IMG/VR virus record: IMGVR_UViG_3300007778_000031
Coordinates: 1-25,027 of that record
Reading direction: 5' to 3' (one strand)
Origin: a virus
Lineage: Duplodnaviria; Caudoviricetes
Length of the DNA stretch: 25,027 nt
In this document: positions 9,266 through 17,496 of the stretch, piece by piece
Layout: each line of letters opens with the position of its first letter
Position numbering within the stretch: position 1 is the stretch's first letter
Position numbers and translations under genes: made by a program
Notes under the pieces: generated by a model
Told to the model about the DNA's origin: nothing
The model's database searches: none
What the model saw: only the letters and a program-made list of their open reading frames with translations

Positions 9266-10578
9266 TGGCTAAACTAAAGGCAGGGTCAAAGGAAGCAAAT
9301 TCTTCTGGTATCCAACAAACAATTCTTACCCGAGAAGATGCCGCAAATGGTATAGAAGCACAGGTACCTAAAATAAATAGTGATATCTTAGGTCGTGGTT
9401 CACTTCAACGAGGCGTCTTCTCTGGTATTATGGAAGAAAGAAGTGGTTTTGCAACTAGTGTGAAAATATGGGGTAATTATGTAGCAATAGGCGCCTATAT
9501 TGATGATAATTCTATTAATACAAGTGCTGGAGCAATCCATGTCTATACTACTGATGGATTTCACATAAATTCATTTTATGGGCCAGAAGTAGATACAATC
9601 AGCACAAACATGGGATATGATAGAAATTCTTGGGATTTATATGGTGATTATCTTGTTGCTGCTTATTATACAGCTAAAAGTGTAGATGCATGTAAAGTTT
9701 GGGTATGGCATATACATACTGGAGAGTTAATTAATACATTTGATGTACCTACCAGTGGCGTTTCTACCTCTTCGCCGGTAAGACCATTGGTTGCACTCAA
9801 TAGGTGTTGGGTTGCTATTGGTAATGGTTCTGAGGTACAACCAATTAGGGTTTACCATATATTAACTGGGAATTTGAAACCTGGAATGACTCTAAATAGT
9901 CATTATAATATCACCGAATCTACAACTGATTGTATTCCAACAGGTATTGCATATAGTGATAGATGGATAATAGTTGCAACAAAAGTTAATGATACTGTTA
10001 ATGGTATTACAAACCCCGGTCAAATTCATATTTATAGTTCTAAGGGCGACTTTTATTATGGCTATATAAATCAAGATTCAAAAGATACTGATGCAACCAA
10101 TGATTACTGGGGTTGGGCTATGGATATATCCGGTGAATACGTAGCTGTTTCTGATTGGAGTGAAGACTATCCATTAGGTGGCGGTGGTGTTGTCCATGTA
10201 TATGATATTATTAATGCCAGCAAACTATATGAGATATACAATCCTAACATACAAACATCAAGTTCGGTTGATTACTTTGGTCGTAGTTTGACCATAATGG
10301 GAGAACATTTATTTGTTGCTGCGCCGTATGAAGATTCATCAAGTAAAACTACAAATACTGGACGTATATATTGCTATTCCTTAAGAGACGGCTCTTATAT
10401 AGGTCCCATGAATACTCTTATTGATTTCAACCAAGTAGATGATACTGATGATTATGCTGGTTGGGATATGGATTCTTTTAGTGATACTTTAGTATGGACA
10501 AAATATCCAAAGGGCGCATTTATATCAAAAATGAATGAACCTGCGGCAATTATTAAGGCTGAATTGGAGAATTACTAA
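9265..10578 (+). CDS. FG-GAP-like beta-propeller protein 1
   Basis: Blades FATSVKIWGNYVAIGA, WGWAMDISGEYVAVSD, FGRSLTIMGEHLFVAAPYED, each followed by a G-x-(I/V)-x-x-Y strand. Confidence 0.7.
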   Translation: MAKLKAGSKEANSSGIQQTILTREDAANGIEAQVPKINSDILGRGSLQRGVFSGIMEERSGFATSVKIWGNYVAIGAYIDDNSINTSAGAIHVYTTDGFHINSFYGPEVDTISTNMGYDRNSWDLYGDYLVAAYYTAKSVDACKVWVWHIHTGELINTFDVPTSGVSTSSPVRPLVALNRCWVAIGNGSEVQPIRVYHILTGNLKPGMTLNSHYNITESTTDCIPTGIAYSDRWIIVATKVNDTVNGITNPGQIHIYSSKGDFYYGYINQDSKDTDATNDYWGWAMDISGEYVAVSDWSEDYPLGGGGVVHVYDIINASKLYEIYNPNIQTSSSVDYFGRSLTIMGEHLFVAAPYEDSSSKTTNTGRIYCYSLRDGSYIGPMNTLIDFNQVDDTDDYAGWDMDSFSDTLVWTKYPKGAFISKMNEPAAIIKAELENY

Positions 10579-11834
10579 TGGCTCAGGTAAAATATCAATC
10601 AAAATACAAGTCCATTTATGATCTTGACATTAATATCCTTACCGCAGACACATCAGAACCATATTTAACCGGTAAGTTAACACAATTAAATGCTACTGTT
10701 AGACCAGCAGGCACTAAAAAGTTGACAAAAACTTTTGCGACTTCGTACGCCGCACTATCATTCAAACAACTTGATGGCAATGAAAGATGGGTATTTGGAT
10801 ATTATAAAAACTCAGATGCTGCTATGAACTATTTAAGTAGCAATTTTGTTGTAATCGATAGGTGGGATACTACAAATATAATTGTTATACATTTAGCACA
10901 AGGTAACTTAGTATTTGGCCATGCATTATCAGGAAATACCTTAGCGTATAATTCATATGACCCCGCAACCGATAAGTATATTACTGTACTTCATGATCTA
11001 TTGACAGGTAGAATTCAAACTTTTACAAAGCCGACCTATGGCCAGGGTTACAAATCTGCAGTTGCATTAAGAGGTAATCTATTACTTATTGCAACTCAAA
11101 CATCCACATCAGTTATAAATCAAATAGATGCTTATAATATAGGTGTTACCCCGGCTGAATATTTGTGGAGTACCACAATACCATATGCTGGAGCATCTCC
11201 AAGTATAACTGACATAGAGATAGGTGGAAGATATGCATATGTATCGGATCGGAATGCAACTGAAGACCCTAATGGTAATCCTCTTCCATGTAAAGGTATT
11301 GTTAGATTGTTAGATTTACAAAGTAATGGTGCTTTAATGTCGGCTTGGTGGATAACCAGAGGTGATAATACCTATACCGACGCAAGTAAACATTTTGGAT
11401 CTAAGATTACATATGATCCAGAATTTTTACAAGTATATGTTGCATATGGTGCATCTGACCAATGTAATGATGTACAGCGATTTACATTCTCTGGTACTTT
11501 TCTTGAAACATTGGATCCAGCTCCGGCATCTAATCCAACGTATATATTTTCACTTGGCTATGATGATTATAGCACTAAACTTCCTACGGTAGCGATTGAT
11601 AGTGGTACAACTGGGTGGACTACTGGTAAAATATTTAGTATTGATACGTCCTATACAACATTAAGTAAAACACCTTTATATACGGGGGCTCCTGATTCTC
11701 AGGTCATGAGTACCTCACATTATTGTCTTGGTATGTCAATAGGACACTATCTTGGTAACCCAATGAGTTATGCAATGAGAGATATAAAAGGAATAGATGT
11801 TCTTTGTGGGCGTAGTTTAGGGAGAAAATGGTAA
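10578..11834 (+). CDS. Beta-propeller-like protein 2
   Basis: Degenerate blades FGHALSGNTLAY, SAVALRGNLLLIA, IEIGGRYAYVSD, FGSKITYD. Confidence 0.6.
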   Translation: MAQVKYQSKYKSIYDLDINILTADTSEPYLTGKLTQLNATVRPAGTKKLTKTFATSYAALSFKQLDGNERWVFGYYKNSDAAMNYLSSNFVVIDRWDTTNIIVIHLAQGNLVFGHALSGNTLAYNSYDPATDKYITVLHDLLTGRIQTFTKPTYGQGYKSAVALRGNLLLIATQTSTSVINQIDAYNIGVTPAEYLWSTTIPYAGASPSITDIEIGGRYAYVSDRNATEDPNGNPLPCKGIVRLLDLQSNGALMSAWWITRGDNTYTDASKHFGSKITYDPEFLQVYVAYGASDQCNDVQRFTFSGTFLETLDPAPASNPTYIFSLGYDDYSTKLPTVAIDSGTTGWTTGKIFSIDTSYTTLSKTPLYTGAPDSQVMSTSHYCLGMSIGHYLGNPMSYAMRDIKGIDVLCGRSLGRKW

Positions 11835-13195
11835 TGGCTCGAATAAATAAAGGTTCAACCGTTGGTGGTGAATATCTATTAAGAGAAATTAATGCCGATT
11901 CAGGTTATAATTCTTTATACTGCCCTGATGATAGTGTATTTCAGACATACGATAATGCTAATATAATTTATCATCCAAATGATGGTGTGTCGAATGTATA
12001 TGGTGTAGAATCTGGATTACGAGTAACTCATATACACAGAAATTTAATATTTTGTATTGATAATGATGGTACTACAAATGCGAATTACGGTACTTGGGTC
12101 TATGATATGGACTCGAATTCATATGCTGGGCCACAACTAGTTACGTTTATACCAGATTATCACATTAAAGCAACAACATCAAAATATGCTATAGCAACAT
12201 CACCACGCGTAGCATATAATTATATTAAAGTTTATTCTCTTGCAACATTTGAATTAGTTAAAACATTTGTTGATAGTGATTTTACTGAACCAACCGGTTA
12301 TATTGATACGTACCCGGTGAGCGGCGTAGTTAGACGAGCTTATGTTCATGCTGACGATCGTTATATTGTTGCAAATTTATATGGTCTGCATCAATCACCG
12401 GCAAGCCAATATAATTATCAGTATGGTGCTGTTGCTGTAATTGATGCTCGAACACTTTCAGTTGAACATGTTCTACCAAATCCAGAGATAAATAAAGATG
12501 GTTCAGAATATTTCGGTGAAACATTGGCATATTCAAATGGTATGATTTATGGTGCTTCAGTAAGTGATGTTGCATATAAAATATGGGCATCAACGCCATA
12601 CCTAAGAGCTGGAGTTGGTTATGGATCTTGGATAGCTCTTGATGATATGTATCATGATACAGGAACAGTACTTGTAGATCCATTGGGTGTTACATATGAA
12701 GATATTCAGGCTAGAGACGGTTATCTCTATTCACTGGCAAATGGCAATAGAAGTTTAACAATAGCTAATATAAATGGTCACATACTTAAGTCATTAGATT
12801 TATCAAGTACTGGTTTAAATACTTCTGGGTATTGGCCTTATTTTTGCATAACTAATAATTTTGTATTTCTTGTATATTATTATAGTTCAGCAACCGCGTT
12901 GGCTGATTACAATAAGATTTCAGTGTTTAATAAACATACTGGCGAATTTATAGAAAACTTACAAAATCCATTTTTGAAATCAAATCCAACCATTAATAAT
13001 TATTCTACTTATATTATGCTAACTGAAATAAAGGCTGGTGCAGGCGATACTATTGTTGTTACAAGTTCGGCACATAGAGGCCCAGAATGGCAAAGTGGTT
13101 ATTGTCAAGGTGCTGCAGCAGTTATACATTATAAGACATCATCATTAGAAAATTTTTTAACTAATATAACAGCGATGGACGAACAGTATGATTAG
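11834..13195 (+). CDS. Beta-propeller-like protein 3
   Basis: LPNPEINKDGSEYFGETLAYS resembles IYNPNIQTSSSVDYFGRSLTI of protein 1. Start at 11834 (TAATG overlap) is preferred over 11828. Confidence 0.6.
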   Translation: MARINKGSTVGGEYLLREINADSGYNSLYCPDDSVFQTYDNANIIYHPNDGVSNVYGVESGLRVTHIHRNLIFCIDNDGTTNANYGTWVYDMDSNSYAGPQLVTFIPDYHIKATTSKYAIATSPRVAYNYIKVYSLATFELVKTFVDSDFTEPTGYIDTYPVSGVVRRAYVHADDRYIVANLYGLHQSPASQYNYQYGAVAVIDARTLSVEHVLPNPEINKDGSEYFGETLAYSNGMIYGASVSDVAYKIWASTPYLRAGVGYGSWIALDDMYHDTGTVLVDPLGVTYEDIQARDGYLYSLANGNRSLTIANINGHILKSLDLSSTGLNTSGYWPYFCITNNFVFLVYYYSSATALADYNKISVFNKHTGEFIENLQNPFLKSNPTINNYSTYIMLTEIKAGAGDTIVVTSSAHRGPEWQSGYCQGAAAVIHYKTSSLENFLTNITAMDEQYD

Positions 13196-13832
13196 GCATC
13201 TAATAGTTAGACAACCGATTGAATTGCAAGATTATCAGGCTACTTTAGCTAAAGTAGATGAAATGATGAATAGTGATTATAAGAATGATGAGCTTTGGCT
13301 TGTGCAACACCCTATAGTCTACACAAAAGGTTTTGCAACACCAGAGGCCATAACCAAAACCCGAAACGGTTGTGACTTAATACCAGTCAATCGTCGTGGT
13401 GGTATATCTCACCATGCTCCAGGTCAGTTGGCATGTTATGTTAATGTTGATCTGAAGCGTTTAGGTATCGGACCAAAAATGCTTATTGAAATGCTCGAAG
13501 ATATTACGTTTGATGTGTTAAAGGAATATGGTATTAAAGGTGAACGATTCGATGGCATTCCTGGTGCATATGTTGACGGTAAGAAAATAATGCTAATGGG
13601 TTTGAATTTTACTGAAAAGAGAACAACATTTGGCTTTGCCATAAATGTATCAAATGATCTATCACTATTTGATTGCATTAATTTATGTGGTTATAAAGAA
13701 CTTCAAGTAACTAATATGCAATTAGCTGCGGGTAAAACTGTAACAATCCGTGATGTTGCAAATAAGATAACAAAAGCTTTTATTGCTAAATTAGGATATA
13801 AGACACACAAAATATTAAACACTTTAATGTAG
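13188..13832 (+). CDS. lipB: LipB-like octanoyltransferase, copy 1
   Basis: DELWLVQHPIVYTKG, RRGGISHHAPGQLACY, PGAYVDGKKI, GFAINVSNDLSLF, INLCGY; the catalytic Lys and Cys positions are retained. Confidence 0.88.
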   Translation: MIRHLIVRQPIELQDYQATLAKVDEMMNSDYKNDELWLVQHPIVYTKGFATPEAITKTRNGCDLIPVNRRGGISHHAPGQLACYVNVDLKRLGIGPKMLIEMLEDITFDVLKEYGIKGERFDGIPGAYVDGKKIMLMGLNFTEKRTTFGFAINVSNDLSLFDCINLCGYKELQVTNMQLAAGKTVTIRDVANKITKAFIAKLGYKTHKILNTLM

Positions 13833-13844
13833 GTAGCATATAAT

Positions 13845-14492
13845 ATGGAAAATCATTTAATAGTTAGAAAACCTATTGATATACAAAATTATCAGGCAAC
13901 TCTTGATAAAATAGAAGAAATGTTCAACAGTGATTATATAAATGATGAACTTTGGGTAGTACAACATCCAATTACCTATACTCAGGGTATAGGCCTTCCT
14001 AGTAATATAGAAGAAACCAGCAATGGATACCCAGTCATTAATGTAAATCGTCGAGGCGGTATATCTCACCATGCACCAGGTCAGTTGGCATGTTATGTTA
14101 ATGTCGATATGAGAAGATTAAAAACAGGGCCTAATGAATTAAATGAATTATTTGAAAAAATTACAATTGATGTTTTAGCTCAATATGGGCTCAAATGTGA
14201 AGGTAGCGTCAATAAAGATCTAGCTGGTGGGTATATTGAAGATAGAAAAATAATGCTAATAGGTTTAGAATGGCGTGAAATGAAAACATCGTTTGGCTTT
14301 GCTATAAATGTATCAAATGATCTATCACTATTTGATAGTATAGATACTTGTGGCATGGGTAAGGTAATGACGAGTGTTGAAAAAGAATTGGGTTATGATG
14401 TGGATATAAATGAAATTGCCGATAAAGTAATAGAATCATTTGTTAGTCATTTAAATTATACTTCACATGAAATAGTACCCTCACTAACCTAG
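13845..14492 (+). CDS. lipB: LipB-like octanoyltransferase, copy 2
   Basis: DELWVVQHPITYTQG, RRGGISHHAPGQLACY, DRKI, GFAINVSNDLSLF, IDTCGM. Confidence 0.85.
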   Translation: MENHLIVRKPIDIQNYQATLDKIEEMFNSDYINDELWVVQHPITYTQGIGLPSNIEETSNGYPVINVNRRGGISHHAPGQLACYVNVDMRRLKTGPNELNELFEKITIDVLAQYGLKCEGSVNKDLAGGYIEDRKIMLIGLEWREMKTSFGFAINVSNDLSLFDSIDTCGMGKVMTSVEKELGYDVDINEIADKVIESFVSHLNYTSHEIVPSLT

Positions 14493-14504
14493 GTGACTAA
14501 CCGT

Positions 14505-14512
14505 TATAAATA
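14505..14512 (+). promoter_or_regulatory. T4-type late promoter TATAAATA
   Basis: Exact consensus upstream of g13. Confidence 0.8.
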
Positions 14513-14544
14513 ATACCAGAGAAACGAATTCTGGGATTATTTTT
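14508..14544 (+). terminator. Possible weak intrinsic terminator overlapping the g13 promoter
   Basis: ATAATaCCAGA...TCTGGgATTAT stem followed by TTTT. Confidence 0.3.
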
Positions 14545-15285
14545 ATGGCAATTGCATCTCGACAAGACCTCATAGATTATTGTTTGCGCAAACTTGGTGC
14601 TCCAGTAGTTGAAATAAATGTTGACGAAGATCAAATTGAAGATCGAGTTGACGAGGCAATACAATTTTATCAAGAATACCATTCTGATGCTATCACGGAT
14701 GATTACTTTAAATTAGTAATTACTGCTGATGATGTCGCTAATGGTTATATTACTGTACCGGAAGAACTAACAGTTGTTAAACGAGTTCTTCCGATTACAG
14801 ATTCACAAATGTCTTCAGGCATGTTCAATGCTCAGTATCAGATGATGCTCAACGATGTTTATATGCTTCGTGGTGGGTTATCGGAGGGTGTTGCACAATA
14901 TACTCAAACAATGTCATATATTGATATGATAACGTCACTTTTTAATGGCTATCAGCAGGCACGTTTCAATCGTCATACAAATCGTTTAAATCTTATTGAT
15001 ACTGATTTGATTGAAGGTATGACAATTATAATTGATGGATCAAAGACTATTGATCCTGAAGCATATACAGATGTCTATAATGATATGTTTCTTAAGCGTT
15101 ATTTGACCCAACTAATCAAAAAGCAGTGGGGCACAAATATGATGAAATTTGATGGCATGCAACTTCCAGGTGGTGTAACAATCAATGGTCGTCAGATGTA
15201 CGATGATGCTATAGCAGAAATAGATAAGATAGAAGAAGAAATGCAACTTCGCTACGAAGAACCTGTTGACTTTTTCCTAGGGTGA
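14545..15285 (+). CDS. g13: Neck protein gp13
   Basis: LIDYCLRKLGAPVVEINV, KKQWGTNM-KF-G-QLPGGVTING. Confidence 0.95.
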   Translation: MAIASRQDLIDYCLRKLGAPVVEINVDEDQIEDRVDEAIQFYQEYHSDAITDDYFKLVITADDVANGYITVPEELTVVKRVLPITDSQMSSGMFNAQYQMMLNDVYMLRGGLSEGVAQYTQTMSYIDMITSLFNGYQQARFNRHTNRLNLIDTDLIEGMTIIIDGSKTIDPEAYTDVYNDMFLKRYLTQLIKKQWGTNMMKFDGMQLPGGVTINGRQMYDDAIAEIDKIEEEMQLRYEEPVDFFLG

Positions 15286-15291
15286 TGACTG

Positions 15292-16191
15292 ATGCCAACT
15301 AATGTTTATTTCAATGCCAAAGTAAGAAGTGAGCAACACCTCTATGAAGATCTAGTGATTGAATCACTTAAGATGTTCGGTCAGGATGTTTATTATCTAC
15401 CACGTAGTATTGTGACTAGAGATTCTATTCTAAATGAAGATAGAGAATCACAGTTCGATGATGCATTTATGGTTGAGATGTATATAGAAGATACTGAAGG
15501 TTTCGGTGGCGAGGGTAATCTACTTTCTAAATTCGGTCTTGAAATAAGAGACGAGGCGACATTTATCGTCGCTAAGCGTACATGGGAAAAGTTGGTTGGT
15601 TACTTTGATGATGTTAATACAATCGCCTGGCGACCACGTGAAGGTGACTTACTGTATCTTCCATTATCTGGTTCGTTCTTTGAAGTTTCTTTCGTTGAAC
15701 ATGAACAACCATTTTATCAGTTATCTAACCTACCTATATACAAGATGCAGGCACGTCTATTCGAGATGAATGACGAGGACTTTAATACTGGCATCGAAGA
15801 AATAGATTCAGTTAATGCTTTAGCATATACTACAACATTGCTAACTACCAACTCAACTGGCACATTTATTACAGGTGAGCGAGTTAATCAGGTTTTCGAT
15901 ACTCATACTATTACAGCTAAGGTTGTTGGGTATGACAATTCAACAGGTGAGTTATCGGTGGTTGATGTTGAAACTAATGATGGCAATTACCACGAGTTTA
16001 GTGCCGGTGCTATTATAACAGGCGAATTAAGCTCAACAACTGCTACAGTTAGTTCAGTTGATAGTGTTAATGATGAAGGTTCATTCTCGAATGATCCATT
16101 TGCACAAAATTATGAATTTGAAAATGCTGCTGATTCAATTATTGATTTCAGTGAATCCAATCCATTCGGCGATCCAAGTGAGGGCTTATAA
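15292..16191 (+). CDS. g14: Neck/head-completion protein gp14
   Basis: EQHLYEDLVIES, GQDVYYLPR, SKFGLEIRDE, PREGDLLY, PFYQL, terminal NPFG. Confidence 0.95.
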   Translation: MPTNVYFNAKVRSEQHLYEDLVIESLKMFGQDVYYLPRSIVTRDSILNEDRESQFDDAFMVEMYIEDTEGFGGEGNLLSKFGLEIRDEATFIVAKRTWEKLVGYFDDVNTIAWRPREGDLLYLPLSGSFFEVSFVEHEQPFYQLSNLPIYKMQARLFEMNDEDFNTGIEEIDSVNALAYTTTLLTTNSTGTFITGERVNQVFDTHTITAKVVGYDNSTGELSVVDVETNDGNYHEFSAGAIITGELSSTTATVSSVDSVNDEGSFSNDPFAQNYEFENAADSIIDFSESNPFGDPSEGL

Positions 16192-17156
16192 TGTTCGGTA
16201 ACCATTTCTACCATGAGACAATTCGCCGTTCGGTATCCGTTTTTGGTACTCTATTCAATGATATTAATATTGTAAGAAAGGATAATAATGGCGAAGTAAA
16301 GTCAATTGTTAAGGTGCCATTGGCTTATGGACCTAAACAGAAGTTCTTGGCTCGTATTGAGGAACAAGCTAATTTAATGGACCAAAAGGTTGCTATTAAA
16401 TTACCTCGTATGTCTTTTGAGATAACAACTCTTACTTATGATCCGGCAGTAAAATTGCAACGTGGTCTTAAAACTCAAATGAGTAATGGTACTCGAGTAA
16501 TGGGACCCGTGACATATCGTATGGGTATGCAATTAAATATTATGGCTAAGAATCAGGATGATGCTCTACAGATACTCGAGCAAATTATTCCTTTCTTCCA
16601 ACCAGATTATACTGTAACCATAAAACAGTTGGATAATAATATTAAATCTGACATGCCATTTACATTACAGAGTGTTTCATTGACTGATGATTATGAGGGA
16701 GATTTTAGTACTCGCCGAGCTATCATTTATACTCTTGACTTTGAAACACGTGTTAATTTTTATGGATCGGTTAATACTAATACTAATACGATTCGTAAGG
16801 TTACTGTAGATTATAATGATATGGATGACAGGACTCAAATGGAACGCCAAATAGCAATATTGAATCCATTTAGTGCTGAAGAGGATGATGAATACACAGT
16901 AGATAATATTATTATATTCGGTGAAGTTGCTGATGAAATTATTTTATCGGTAGCAGATTCAACAGATTTTGAGCTAGGTCAGGACATTGTAGGTACTGAA
17001 TCTTTATCTCGTGGTTATATAAAAGCAGTTAATGATAATGACAATACAATTACTGTAATTCCAGATAATCTATTTGAAATTGGTGAACTTATAACCGTAG
17101 TTGGAGCACCAATAAATACCATAATAAATGGACAATCCGAGATTTGGTATGAGTGA
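16191..17156 (+). CDS. g15: Tail terminator / sheath stabiliser gp15
   Basis: FYHETIRR, FGTLFNDI, VPLAYGPKQKF, LPRMSFE, EQIIPFFQP. Confidence 0.95.
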   Translation: MFGNHFYHETIRRSVSVFGTLFNDINIVRKDNNGEVKSIVKVPLAYGPKQKFLARIEEQANLMDQKVAIKLPRMSFEITTLTYDPAVKLQRGLKTQMSNGTRVMGPVTYRMGMQLNIMAKNQDDALQILEQIIPFFQPDYTVTIKQLDNNIKSDMPFTLQSVSLTDDYEGDFSTRRAIIYTLDFETRVNFYGSVNTNTNTIRKVTVDYNDMDDRTQMERQIAILNPFSAEEDDEYTVDNIIIFGEVADEIILSVADSTDFELGQDIVGTESLSRGYIKAVNDNDNTITVIPDNLFEIGELITVVGAPINTIINGQSEIWYE

Positions 17157-17496
17157 TATTAAAGATGATTACGATTATGCCCGAAGTCAGTACTATAGGT
17201 TAGCTGAACAAGGGCAAGAAGCTATTGAATTGATGATGGATTTGGCACGAGAATCCGAACACCCTCGTGCATTCGAAGTATTGGCTAATATGCTTAAGCA
17301 GAACTCAGAAATTACCGATAAACTAATGGATCTTCAGAAGAAGAAAAAGGATGTTGAGAAGGAAGATTCTGCCGTTGCTCAACTTAATGCTCCAGTGACA
17401 AATAACAATTTATTCGTGGGTTCAACTACTGAACTTCAAAAAATGTTAGCTAATAAGATGAAGGATATTGAACCGAATGAGTCAGAATCAGACTGA
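17149..17496 (+). CDS. g16: Terminase small subunit gp16
   Basis: DDYDYAR, ESEHPRAFEV, NNNLFVGSTTEL. Start uncertain (17128 or 17149). Confidence 0.9.
   Translation: MSDIKDDYDYARSQYYRLAEQGQEAIELMMDLARESEHPRAFEVLANMLKQNSEITDKLMDLQKKKKDVEKEDSAVAQLNAPVTNNNLFVGSTTELQKMLANKMKDIEPNESESD

Noticed and set aside
4023-13195. Diversity-generating retroelement or invertible cassette acting on fibre genes
   Set aside because: No reverse transcriptase, recombinase, template/variable repeat pair or inverted gene segments seen.
13835-13844. AGCATATAAT shared with the g19 leader (20937-20946); TATAAT as a sigma70 -10 box
   Set aside because: Short AT-rich match in SD-ATG spacers, too close to the start codon, with no convincing -35.
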